The position numbers and the translations under genes were made by a program. Positions 51,123 through 59,913 of a stretch of 64,000 bases of DNA are shown here, one piece after another. Location: assembly GCA_963826535.1 (NCBI GenBank), contig CAWGXL010000001.1, forward strand, positions 14,336 to 78,335, given 5' to 3'. Each line of letters starts with the position of its first letter. The stretch's first letter is position 1. This stretch comes from an uncultured bacterium. GTDB taxonomy: Bacteria > Patescibacteriota > Microgenomatia > Levybacterales > UBA12049. The notes below the pieces were generated by a model, which was not told the origin of the DNA, ran no database searches, and worked only from the letters and a program-made list of their open reading frames with translations.

Positions 51123-51138
51123 TTAAGCTACTTTTAAG
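51123..51138 (+). promoter_or_regulatory. OmpR-type direct repeat TTAAG-N6-TTAAG
   Basis: Upstream of TATAAT and the response regulator; same motif at 52906 and 53523. Confidence 0.7.
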
Positions 51139-51155
51139 CACTTCAGCTATAATAT

Positions 51156-51842
51156 GTGACTATGCGCGTCCTAGTAGTGGAAGATGAACATAAAATTGCC
51201 AACGCCATTAAAAAAGGTTTACATCGTGAATCTTATGCAGTTGATATAGTGCATGATGGAATTGAGGGTTACGATTTAGCCTCATCTGAACAATTTGATG
51301 TTATCGTCTTGGACATAATGCTTCCTGGATTGGATGGCATAGAAATCTGCATGAAGCTTCGTGAACAGCAAATTCATACACCAATCCTAATGCTTACAGC
51401 AAAAAGTCAAATTGAGGATAAAGTAGTCGGATTTAATTCAGGGGCTGACGACTACTTAACGAAACCGTTTGCTTTTGCTGAGTTACTAGTGAGAATAAAA
51501 GCATTAACGCGCCGTCCGCAAAGTTCTATAGGAACAATATTATCTGTTGGAGACCTTGCTATAGATACCAACAACTATGAGGTTAAAAGAGCTGGGCAAA
51601 AAATTAGATTGTCCAATAAAGAATACTCACTACTTGAATATTTAGTACGACACAAAGATAAGGTAATAACAAAAGAACAAATAATTAATCACGTCTGGAA
51701 CTATGACTCTGATGTTTTACCTAATTCAGTAGAGGTGTATATCAAGCATTTAAGAACCAAAATTGATGAACCTTTTCCCGATAAGCATTTAATTCATACT
51801 GTAAAAGGATTTAGCGGGTATAAAATATCTGAAGAAGCCTAA
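51156..51842 (+). CDS. OmpR-family response regulator
   Basis: VVEDE, LDIMLP, GADDYLTKPF, winged helix. Confidence 0.95.
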   Translation: MTMRVLVVEDEHKIANAIKKGLHRESYAVDIVHDGIEGYDLASSEQFDVIVLDIMLPGLDGIEICMKLREQQIHTPILMLTAKSQIEDKVVGFNSGADDYLTKPFAFAELLVRIKALTRRPQSSIGTILSVGDLAIDTNNYEVKRAGQKIRLSNKEYSLLEYLVRHKDKVITKEQIINHVWNYDSDVLPNSVEVYIKHLRTKIDEPFPDKHLIHTVKGFSGYKISEEA

Positions 51843-51845
51843 ACT

Positions 51846-52901
51846 ATGAATACTTTTCACTACGCCAGACTTAAATTAACAGCTTGGTATCTACTTATAA
51901 TTATGTCGCTCAGCATAATTTTTAGTGTATTAATTTTTAAGGCATGGACAATAGAAATAGATCGCTTTGAAAGAGCACAGAGATTTTTTATAGAAAGAAG
52001 GCTGCAAGAAGGATCGTTCCCAGTACCTCCTCCACCAGATGGAAGAAGAGTGCTTCTGTTTAATGGTGATCAAATGAACCCTGAACTTATTGCTGAAACC
52101 AAGCAAAGAATTTTATTGCTACTTATAGTAGCAAATGCTGGAATATTAGTAATAACAGGCGGTTTAGGTTATTTTCTTGCTGGAAGGACTTTGAAACCGA
52201 TAAAAGAAATGATAGATGAGCAAAACAGATTTATTACTGATGCTTCACATGAATTAAAAACTCCATTAACTGCATTGAGGAGTGAGTTTGAAGTAGCAAT
52301 ACTAGATGAAAAGAAATTACAACTTAAAGAAGCAAAACATTTGATTAAAAGTGGCTTTGAGGAGATTGTTAGCCTTCAAGTATTAGCAGAGAACCTGCTT
52401 GAACTTACACAACAACAAAAGAAACTAGGTTCATTAGAAATAGAAGAAGCTTCCTTATTAGAAGTTATGGAGGCAGCTCTTAAAAGAGTTGTTCCATTAG
52501 CAAGAAAAAGGCAAATTGCAATAAACAATCAAGTCGATGACATTGTTCTAGAAGGAGAAACCCAGAGCTTAACTGAATTATTTGTAATTCTTTTAGATAA
52601 CGCAATTAAATATAGTGATAAAAACTCTGAAGTAACTCTTAATTCAAGAAAAACCGATCATCATGTTGAAGTTGTAGTGAAAGATACAGGAATCGGAATT
52701 GATGAAAAAGATATTCCGCATATTTTTGATAGGTTTTATCGAGCTGACAAATCTCGTTCAAAAACACCAGGATACGGCTTGGGATTATCTATAGCTAAAA
52801 AAATCATTGAGACACATAAAGGCTCTATTTTCGTAGAAAGTAAAATAAATATAGGCACTAAATTCATAGTCAAACTTCCCACCAACACTTCCCGCACTTA
52901 A
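51846..52901 (+). CDS. Sensor histidine kinase
   Basis: Two TMs, ASHELKTP, DNAIKY, GYGLGL. Confidence 0.95.
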   Translation: MNTFHYARLKLTAWYLLIIMSLSIIFSVLIFKAWTIEIDRFERAQRFFIERRLQEGSFPVPPPPDGRRVLLFNGDQMNPELIAETKQRILLLLIVANAGILVITGGLGYFLAGRTLKPIKEMIDEQNRFITDASHELKTPLTALRSEFEVAILDEKKLQLKEAKHLIKSGFEEIVSLQVLAENLLELTQQQKKLGSLEIEEASLLEVMEAALKRVVPLARKRQIAINNQVDDIVLEGETQSLTELFVILLDNAIKYSDKNSEVTLNSRKTDHHVEVVVKDTGIGIDEKDIPHIFDRFYRADKSRSKTPGYGLGLSIAKKIIETHKGSIFVESKINIGTKFIVKLPTNTSRT

Positions 52902-52905
52902 TATT

Positions 52906-52921
52906 TTAAGCCGTCTTTAAG
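52906..52921 (+). promoter_or_regulatory. TTAAG-N6-TTAAG box
   Basis: Upstream of the 52950 gene. Confidence 0.7.
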
Positions 52922-52949
52922 TTCAGCTAGGTATTATTAGGCTGTCAAG

Positions 52950-53465
52950 ATGAAGGGAGGTGAGAATATGAATAAAAAACTACTTTTAGTTCTAGGGGCA
53001 ATAACAATTATTGGAGCAGGCGCTCTTGGTTCTAGTCAGGCGTTTGCACAAGAGTCAAATACTCAAGACCCCGTTAACTCTCTTGTACAGAAAATAGCCG
53101 ATAAATTTGGGCTAAACAAAGATGATGTACAAGCTATGTTCACCGAACATAAGAGTGAGATGAAAGCTAATATATCTGCACGTCAAGAAGATAGACTTTC
53201 AAATTTGGTTTCTGAAGGTAAAATAACAGAAGCTCAAAAAACTCTTATTATAAATAAGCAGAAAGAGTTGGCAGAAAAAAGAGCAGCAAATAAAAGCTCA
53301 CTGAAAGATTTGAGCCGTGAAGAAATTCGCTCAAAAATGGAAACAGAACGAGCTGAACTTGAGAAATGGGCAACAGATAATGGTATTGATAAAAAGTACC
53401 TTATGATGGGTTCAGGTCGTGGCTTTCATATGGAATTTAAACCTGGAATAAAACCTGGCAACTAA
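52950..53465 (+). CDS. Secreted helical protein (likely start 52968)
   Basis: Signal peptide; V.EGKIT..Q motif; SD GGAGGTGA. Confidence 0.75.
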   Translation: MKGGENMNKKLLLVLGAITIIGAGALGSSQAFAQESNTQDPVNSLVQKIADKFGLNKDDVQAMFTEHKSEMKANISARQEDRLSNLVSEGKITEAQKTLIINKQKELAEKRAANKSSLKDLSREEIRSKMETERAELEKWATDNGIDKKYLMMGSGRGFHMEFKPGIKPGN

Positions 53466-53490
53466 GTTGTTTCAGTTAAGACCCAAAACA

Positions 53491-53524
53491 GCTTGCGGGA
53501 GACGTCCCGCAAGTTTTGTTTTTT
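53491..53524 (+). terminator. Intrinsic terminator
   Basis: CTTGCGGGA-GACG-TCCCGCAAG followed by a T-rich tract. Confidence 0.75.
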
Positions 53525-53538
53525 AAGCCACTTTTAAG
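53523..53538 (+). promoter_or_regulatory. TTAAG-N6-TTAAG box
   Basis: Upstream of the MacA-like operon. Confidence 0.7.
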
Positions 53539-53563
53539 CCCGACGATATAACATAGCAATTAT

Positions 53564-54907
53564 ATGAATATTGTAAAAACGGTTTTGGAAAAGCTTGTAC
53601 TTATAAAGAACTTATTTCTAAAACAATCTTTAATAAAAAAGATAATTATTGTAGCAATAATCGTTGCAATTGGGTGGTTTGGTGTCAAACCTGTCATTCT
53701 AGGAAGCCAACAACAGCAAGTTCAATATCAAACGGCTCTTGCAGAAAAGGGAACGCTCATCACTTCTGTTACAGCTTCAGGAACAGTTTCTTCAGGAAGT
53801 AGCGCAAGTATCACATCAAGCGCAACAGGAATAGTCCAAGAAGTTTATGTTGAAAATGGTGAAACAGTTTCAGAAGGTGACCCAATTGCACTAATTAAAT
53901 TAGACAAAAGTTCTCAGCAACAACAGACTCAAGCATGGGCTAGCTACTTATCGGCACAAAATACTCTTAATACTGCCAAGTCTAGAATTAACTCTTTACA
54001 ATCGGCACTTTTTACTGCCAATCAAAAATTTGTGAATGGTGCAGGAACAGAAAATCCAACAACAGATGATCCTACATATATTATCCAGCGAGCTGATTGG
54101 TTACAAGCAGAAGCAGATTATAATAATCAAGTAAATGTTATTAAACAGGCCGAAGCGGCTTTATCAAGCGCATGGCTATCTTATTCTCAACTCTCACCAA
54201 CGATTACAGCTCCTATGTCAGGAGTAGTAAATAATTTGAGTATCAGTCCTGGTCTTACTATTTCAGGAAGTAACTCGACTTCTACAACTGGGTCAAATAC
54301 TGATTCCAATACGGGAGCGTCACAAACAATTGGAACCATAACGCTTGAAGATGGCACACCTCAAGTAAGTGTTAACCTAACTGAAATAGATGTAATTAAA
54401 GTAAAACCTGGTCAAAAAGTAATTTTAACATTAGATGCACATCCAGACAAAACGTTTACAGGCAAGGTATCTGCAGTTAACACTAATGGATCAGTAAGCT
54501 CTGGAGTTACAACATATCCAACAACTATTACTTTTGATACAGCAGTAGACACTATTTATCCAAACATGGCTGTTAATGCCACAATTATTACAGATGTGAA
54601 GAGTAGTATTATCTTATTGCCCTCTGGTGCTGTCCAGACTATTGATGGTCAGTCAACTGTGCGAGTAATGAGAAATGGTCAAATAACCTCTGTACCTGTA
54701 GAAGTTGGTGATTCAAATGATACTCAAACTGAAATAGTTTCTGGAATTAATGAAGGAGACAATGTAGTTACTGGACAAACAGATGGCGGAACAACTCCTG
54801 GATCCGCTGGTGCAGCCACTTCACCATTTGGTAACACAAGAGGTGGATTTGGAGGCGCGGGCGCACCTGGCGGTGGTGGAGGTCAAATGTTTATACAAAG
54901 AAGATAA
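53564..54907 (+). CDS. MacA-like efflux adaptor (membrane fusion protein)
   Basis: TM, ASGTV, I.APMSG.V, E.D...VK.GQ, EI.SG..EGD.V. Confidence 0.9.
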   Translation: MNIVKTVLEKLVLIKNLFLKQSLIKKIIIVAIIVAIGWFGVKPVILGSQQQQVQYQTALAEKGTLITSVTASGTVSSGSSASITSSATGIVQEVYVENGETVSEGDPIALIKLDKSSQQQQTQAWASYLSAQNTLNTAKSRINSLQSALFTANQKFVNGAGTENPTTDDPTYIIQRADWLQAEADYNNQVNVIKQAEAALSSAWLSYSQLSPTITAPMSGVVNNLSISPGLTISGSNSTSTTGSNTDSNTGASQTIGTITLEDGTPQVSVNLTEIDVIKVKPGQKVILTLDAHPDKTFTGKVSAVNTNGSVSSGVTTYPTTITFDTAVDTIYPNMAVNATIITDVKSSIILLPSGAVQTIDGQSTVRVMRNGQITSVPVEVGDSNDTQTEIVSGINEGDNVVTGQTDGGTTPGSAGAATSPFGNTRGGFGGAGAPGGGGGQMFIQRR

Positions 54908-54910
54908 TGT

Positions 54911-55633
54911 ATGTCAGCAATTATTCAGGCTCAAAATTTATCAAAGGTCTATAAAACTGGTGACTTAGAAACAGTAGCCTTATCAGACGTTTCCTTTGAG
55001 ATTAAGAAAGGTGAATTTGTAGCCATCATGGGACCATCAGGCTCTGGTAAATCTACTCTCATGCATATTATTGGAGCTTTGGATACTCCTACCTCTGGTA
55101 CATATACTCTTGACGGAGAAGAGGTGCAAAAGCTTTCCGATGATGAGTTATCAGATATTAGAAATAGAAAAATAGGATTTATTTTCCAAGCATTTAATTT
55201 ACTCCCCCGCACATCGGCTTTGAACAATGTCATGCTACCCATGCGTTATGCAGGTGTACCAAAAGAAGAGCGGCTTAAAAGAGCTGAGAAATACTTAAGA
55301 ATGGTTGGTTTGGGAGAAAGACTTACTCACGGATCTAATCAATTATCAGGTGGACAACAACAGCGTGTAGCGATTGCAAGAGGGCTTGCTATGAATCCAG
55401 CAATTTTATTGGCAGATGAACCCACGGGAAACATAGCTTCTGCCCAAGCAGAAGAAATTATGGAGATTTTTCAAAAAATAAATGCTGAAGGACATACTAT
55501 TGTGATGATTACTCATGAGCCTGATATAGCAAAACATGCAAAGAGGGTCATTCAAATTCGAGATGGAAGGATTGTCAGCGATTCTTCAAAACATATGCAA
55601 AGGAGGGTAAATGGACGCGGAAATAATAACTGA
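54911..55633 (+). CDS. MacB/LolD-like ABC ATPase
   Basis: GPSGSGKST, LSGGQQQR, ADEPTG. Confidence 0.95.
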   Translation: MSAIIQAQNLSKVYKTGDLETVALSDVSFEIKKGEFVAIMGPSGSGKSTLMHIIGALDTPTSGTYTLDGEEVQKLSDDELSDIRNRKIGFIFQAFNLLPRTSALNNVMLPMRYAGVPKEERLKRAEKYLRMVGLGERLTHGSNQLSGGQQQRVAIARGLAMNPAILLADEPTGNIASAQAEEIMEIFQKINAEGHTIVMITHEPDIAKHAKRVIQIRDGRIVSDSSKHMQRRVNGRGNNN

Positions 55634-56831
55634 AGCAATCGGAACGTTAACCATAAATAAGCTGAGAACTGCTCTTGCTACTCTTGGAATTGTTATTGGA
55701 ATTGGAAGTGTTATTGCCTTAGTTTCGCTTGGACAAGCTAGTCAACAGGCAATCCAATCTCAGATCCAATCTTTAGGATCTAATCTTTTAACGGTTCAAC
55801 CATCTGGTCAAAGCCAAGGTGGAGTTCAGGGAGCTGCTGGTGGAGGTACTACATTAACATTAGAAGATGCAAATGCTATAAAAAATTCTTCTCAAATCAC
55901 TACCGTGCAGGAAGTTTCACCTGAATATTCAAGCAGGACTCAGATTACTACAGGAAGGACAAACACCAATACACAAGTAGTTGGAGTCACAGCAGCATAT
56001 GCAGATGTAAGAAACGTAACTGTTGAATCAGGAAATTTCATAACTGATTCTCAAGTAAATAGTATGGCAAAAGTTGCTGTTTTAGGACCCACAACTGTTG
56101 AAAATTTATTTGGAGTAAATGCAAATCCTATAGGGCAAACAGTGAGAATTAGCGGACAAACTTTTACTATCATTGGAATAACTGCATCAAGAGGTGGAAC
56201 TGGTTTTCAAAATCAAGATGACATGGTTTGGGTTCCTATTACAACAGCACAAAAACAGCTATTTGGCGCTTCTCATGTCACCTCTATTTCTGTAGAAGCA
56301 AAATCAGCTAATGTAATGGTTGATGCTCAAAATGAAGTTGGATATCTGCTTCTTTCAAGGCACAAACTAAAAAACCCAGAAGATAAGGATTTTTCAATAT
56401 TTAATCAGCAAGATTTATTAAATACAGTGAATCAAACTACAGGGACTTTTACAACTCTATTAGCTGGTGTGGCAGCAATCTCTCTTTTAGTTGGAGGGAT
56501 TGGGATTATGAACATCATGTTAGTGACTGTCACTGAGAGGACCAGGGAAATAGGTTTAAGAAAAGCACTTGGTGCAAAGAAAAAAACCATTATTACTCAG
56601 TTTCTTGTTGAGTCAATCATCTTAACTTTTGTAGGAGGAGTTATAGGGATAGGTGTAGGTATTCTTGCTTCATATCTTTATTCCTATTTTACAGGCTCCG
56701 TATTTGTTATTTCCCCAAATTCAGTGCTTTTAGCCTTTGTGGTATCGGCAGGAATAGGAATTTTATTTGGTTGGTATCCTGCAAGAAGAGCAGCTAATTT
56801 ACAGCCTATTGAGGCATTACGTTATGAATAA
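55611..56831 (+). CDS. MacB/FtsX-like ABC permease
   Basis: LGIVIGI, GGIGIMNIM, ERTREIG, PIEALRYE. Confidence 0.95.
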   Translation: MDAEIITEAIGTLTINKLRTALATLGIVIGIGSVIALVSLGQASQQAIQSQIQSLGSNLLTVQPSGQSQGGVQGAAGGGTTLTLEDANAIKNSSQITTVQEVSPEYSSRTQITTGRTNTNTQVVGVTAAYADVRNVTVESGNFITDSQVNSMAKVAVLGPTTVENLFGVNANPIGQTVRISGQTFTIIGITASRGGTGFQNQDDMVWVPITTAQKQLFGASHVTSISVEAKSANVMVDAQNEVGYLLLSRHKLKNPEDKDFSIFNQQDLLNTVNQTTGTFTTLLAGVAAISLLVGGIGIMNIMLVTVTERTREIGLRKALGAKKKTIITQFLVESIILTFVGGVIGIGVGILASYLYSYFTGSVFVISPNSVLLAFVVSAGIGILFGWYPARRAANLQPIEALRYE

Positions 56832-56833
56832 CT

Positions 56834-57313
56834 TTGAAAGGAGGTGAAAATTATATGAAAAATCCAATGATAATGACCATTATTGTAGCTATAGTAGTGG
56901 GTTGTGCTGCTTTTTTTGGTGGCATGCAGTATCAGAAATCGCAAACAAGCGGTCCAATGCAGGGACAATTTAGAGGACCAAATGGAGGTGGACCACAAGG
57001 AGGATTTCAAGGTGGAAGCGGAAATAGACAGGGAATGACGCCTGTTAGTGGTGAAATAATCAGCCAAGACGATACAAGCATCACTGTTAAAATGCAGGAT
57101 GGAAGCTCTAAGATTGTTATTCTATCTGATGATACAAACATTAATAAATCTTCAGAAGGCTCTAAGACAGATTTAAAAACTGGTGAAACAGTAACAGCAT
57201 TTGGAACTTCAAATTCTGATGGAAGCATTACTGCTCAAAATGTTTCTATTGGTGGAAATATGATGTTTCGTGGAGGTCCTGGAGGTAACCCACAACCAAC
57301 TCAAAATAACTAA
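56834..57313 (+). CDS. Membrane-anchored OB-fold (DUF5666-like) protein (likely start 56855)
   Basis: FFGGMQY, G.I...D...ITV, DLK.G..V...G....DG...A. Confidence 0.7.
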   Translation: MKGGENYMKNPMIMTIIVAIVVGCAAFFGGMQYQKSQTSGPMQGQFRGPNGGGPQGGFQGGSGNRQGMTPVSGEIISQDDTSITVKMQDGSSKIVILSDDTNINKSSEGSKTDLKTGETVTAFGTSNSDGSITAQNVSIGGNMMFRGGPGGNPQPTQNN

Positions 57314-57332
57314 ATGTTTATAGAGTTACACT

Positions 57333-57364
57333 GATAATGCCCTTCTTTCGCAGGAGGGCATATC
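57333..57364. terminator. Hairpin after the efflux operon
   Basis: ATGCCCT(T)CT...GAGGGCAT. Confidence 0.55.
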
Positions 57365-57366
57365 GA

Positions 57367-57462
57367 TTAAAAAGGAACTGCTACGCTATTAATCTGAAAT
57401 GCTTGATAAACTCTGTTAAAATATGAAGCGAAGGTGTTCGATTCTAGTCTGAGTCGGCTCAC
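57367..57462 (-). other. Detached 31-aa tail of recombinase 4 (VSRLRLESNTFASYFNRVYQAFQ...)
   Basis: In frame with ...KSLD when joined at GTGAGCCG. Confidence 0.75.
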
Positions 57463-57550
57463 AATCTTCGGTCTTCTACGAATTTCTTCGGATTTTTAAT
57501 ATAACTTCTTATAGTTGCTTCAATAGCACACTTAGCCAGGATTATATATA

Positions 57551-58501
57551 ATGAAAGTAATGATAGCGTTGTTTCTGATTATTGTTGGGCTTACTCTGCT
57601 CTTACTTGGAAGCCGTGGTGTTATCTCAAATGCCATTCGTATTTCCGCATTAACAAAAATTCCCCCGTTCATTGTCGGTGTAACAATAGTTGCCATAGGA
57701 ACCTCTCTTCCTGAGATGGTTGTATCATTTTTCGGAGGATTGGAGAAAGCATCAGGTCTTGCCTTAGGTAATATCATTGGCTCAAATATTGCTAATATTG
57801 GTCTTATACTCGGTATCTCTCTTTTGATGCACCCAATTTACATTGGTAGGACAAGTACACAAAAGAATATGCTAGTTACTTTGATTGTAGGCTTGCTTTT
57901 GTTTATCACACTACTTATAGACGGCATAACTATTGCTCATGGAGTTTTCTTTGTCATTGTTGGGTTTGGTGTTATTATATGGCAAATTGTTCAGGGCAAA
58001 AATGATGGACTTGTAGATGAACAGACTGCGCAACTCCCTAAAAATCCAGCCCTTACTATTCTTTTTTTTCTTGCATCACTTTTCTGTCTATTTCTTGGAG
58101 GTAAGTTCCTCGTGGATGGCGGTGTTGCTATTGCTACCCTTTTTCATATTCCAGAAGTTATTATCGGTATTACGGTCCTTGCAGTAGGAACGTCTTTACC
58201 TGAGCTTGCTGTTTCTATCACAGCGCTTGCGAAACACGTAACAAAAGCTGAGCAAAAACTCGTCGTGGGCAATATTCTTGGGAGTAATATTTTCAATATC
58301 CTCTTTGGCGCTGGAATGCTTGGCATATTTGGAGTAAAACATTTTAATAGTTCGGTATCGCTTTACGCTTTGCTAATTTTTACACTTGTACTTGGCTTAT
58401 TAATTTATCTGTTTCGTGGAAAAACCATTCCGCAGTATATCGGCGCAGGTTTGGTATTTTCATATGTTTTGTATCTTATTCTTCTATTTCTTTCAGTTTA
58501 A
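57551..58501 (+). CDS. CaCA Na+/Ca2+ antiporter (YrbG-like)
   Basis: Two GTSLPE and G..(I/L)GSNI.NI alpha repeats. Confidence 0.93.
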   Translation: MKVMIALFLIIVGLTLLLLGSRGVISNAIRISALTKIPPFIVGVTIVAIGTSLPEMVVSFFGGLEKASGLALGNIIGSNIANIGLILGISLLMHPIYIGRTSTQKNMLVTLIVGLLLFITLLIDGITIAHGVFFVIVGFGVIIWQIVQGKNDGLVDEQTAQLPKNPALTILFFLASLFCLFLGGKFLVDGGVAIATLFHIPEVIIGITVLAVGTSLPELAVSITALAKHVTKAEQKLVVGNILGSNIFNILFGAGMLGIFGVKHFNSSVSLYALLIFTLVLGLLIYLFRGKTIPQYIGAGLVFSYVLYLILLFLSV

Positions 58502-58510
58502 CTAGCTATA

Positions 58511-58621
58511 CTAATCAAATAAGAAGTTATGCTGCGGAATATGTAGCTGTAACTGTTCAAATGTTTGATAAACTCTTTGGAAATAATTCAAAAGTGGTTC
58601 GAAAACAGATACGAACGGCTC
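58511..58621 (-). other. Orphan 36-aa recombinase tail (EPFVSVFEPLLNYFQRVYQTFEQ...)
   Basis: Similar to tail 2 (EP....FEPL) and tail 4 (YF.RVYQ.F). Confidence 0.7.
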
Positions 58622-58631
58622 ACAATGTATT

Positions 58632-59867
58632 TTATGTTTTCTTTTCCATTGGGGCACGCAAATATTTAATAAGTCTATTTAATTGTGATTGTGGTTGCCT
58701 CATCTCTTCTTGAGGAAAGATTTGAGAAGAATATAAATGCCCTTTTAACACCAGCTTCTCTTCGCCGGTTTCTGTAAGAACACCCCAATACCTTTCTTGC
58801 GGCTGAAGCGCTTCTTCATCCGTTCCCGCGTAGAGACCCATACGCGCAGGAAGCCTTTTATTACGAGAGCGGAAATCTACTATCAAATGCTTAAACGATC
58901 GAAAGAATGTGTCGAAAAAGTAACGTTGTGCTCTTTGTGGATTCTCACGGTCAAAGATTTTTCTTGTAGGCATTCCTACCTCTCCAAGCTCGTACTCTGT
59001 ATTTTCCCACCCTTCAAGTTTTTCAAAAACCTTCGAGAGAAGAGTCATATCTTTTACTACTGATTTGAAAAGAGTTCTCCGTTCTTCCTCTCTCCACAAT
59101 ACAGGGAGAGATTTGTACGCCTTTTTTCCTGTTGCATCTTCAATCGGCCAATGCCAAACTCCCGGATAATAATCTACTGCGATAATATCGAAATTATTTC
59201 GCAGAGTCTCTTCATGTTTATCTAAGTATTCCATAATTGGTGTTCCGCTGAACACCTTTGCCGCGTTGAATAGACTTGTCAGATTGGACGCGATAAATGT
59301 CGCCATAAGCTTGGCATCCTGTCCGAATACGTCACGCGTGATTTCACATAATCTTGGTAAGTCTTCAGTGGCAACCGGGCTAAATATATTCGTATTAACC
59401 TCGTTCATTATCTGAATTTTTGTGACCCTTTCACCCCCCGCTTCATCAAGCGCTGCTTTTACTGTTTGAGCATATGTCCTGAATGAAGATTCAAATTCTG
59501 ATTTTTTTCCGCTTTTATATAGATCACTCGCCCATTTCGGAGGACTGGAGAGAATAACAGTTGGCGCATCAAGACCGGCTTGATCTGATATTTGTTTTGC
59601 TCTAAAATAACGCTCCAGTTGATCTGTGTCCAATCTACCCTGCTCGGGCTGAAGAGTGTTCCAGCGCCAATCAGATCGGATGGACTGAACACCCGCTTCT
59701 TTCAGAGTCGTATAAACATCCATTATCATTTGTGGACTTCGATTGAATCTTGCATCAGCGCTATGATCCGTAATATAGACGTGAATATCAAACCCTTTTT
59801 CCATCAATTTTTCAGTATCGCCTTTTCGTACTTCAGGCTGATGCCTTAAGACCTCCGGAATATTCAT
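58632..59867 (-). CDS. Clan GH-A-like glycoside hydrolase (minus strand; ORF track label is wrong)
   Basis: CAT at 59865-59867 and TTA at 58632; IR.D..W, QIMNE, DYYPG, LGE.G. Confidence 0.65.
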   Translation of the reverse strand: MNIPEVLRHQPEVRKGDTEKLMEKGFDIHVYITDHSADARFNRSPQMIMDVYTTLKEAGVQSIRSDWRWNTLQPEQGRLDTDQLERYFRAKQISDQAGLDAPTVILSSPPKWASDLYKSGKKSEFESSFRTYAQTVKAALDEAGGERVTKIQIMNEVNTNIFSPVATEDLPRLCEITRDVFGQDAKLMATFIASNLTSLFNAAKVFSGTPIMEYLDKHEETLRNNFDIIAVDYYPGVWHWPIEDATGKKAYKSLPVLWREEERRTLFKSVVKDMTLLSKVFEKLEGWENTEYELGEVGMPTRKIFDRENPQRAQRYFFDTFFRSFKHLIVDFRSRNKRLPARMGLYAGTDEEALQPQERYWGVLTETGEEKLVLKGHLYSSQIFPQEEMRQPQSQLNRLIKYLRAPMEKKT

Positions 59868-59913
59868 ATTTATACTAAACCAAGTCCACGTAGGTGATAA
59901 GTGTCATAAATAA

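Larger units (their letters stand above)
43591..57462. mobile_element. Element 4: 13.9-kb serine-recombinase element with prophage remnants and cargo
   Basis: Bounded by CGGCTCAC at 43583-43590 and 57455-57462. Confidence 0.82.
57463..58623. mobile_element. Element 5: 1161-bp att-bounded cassette
   Basis: Flanked by CGGCTCACAAT at both ends; one gene plus a tail. Confidence 0.7.

Noticed and set aside
58632-59867. ORF track lists this 411-aa ORF on the + strand
   Set aside because: MNIPEVLRHQ and MEKKT* read from the reverse complement, so it is on the minus strand.
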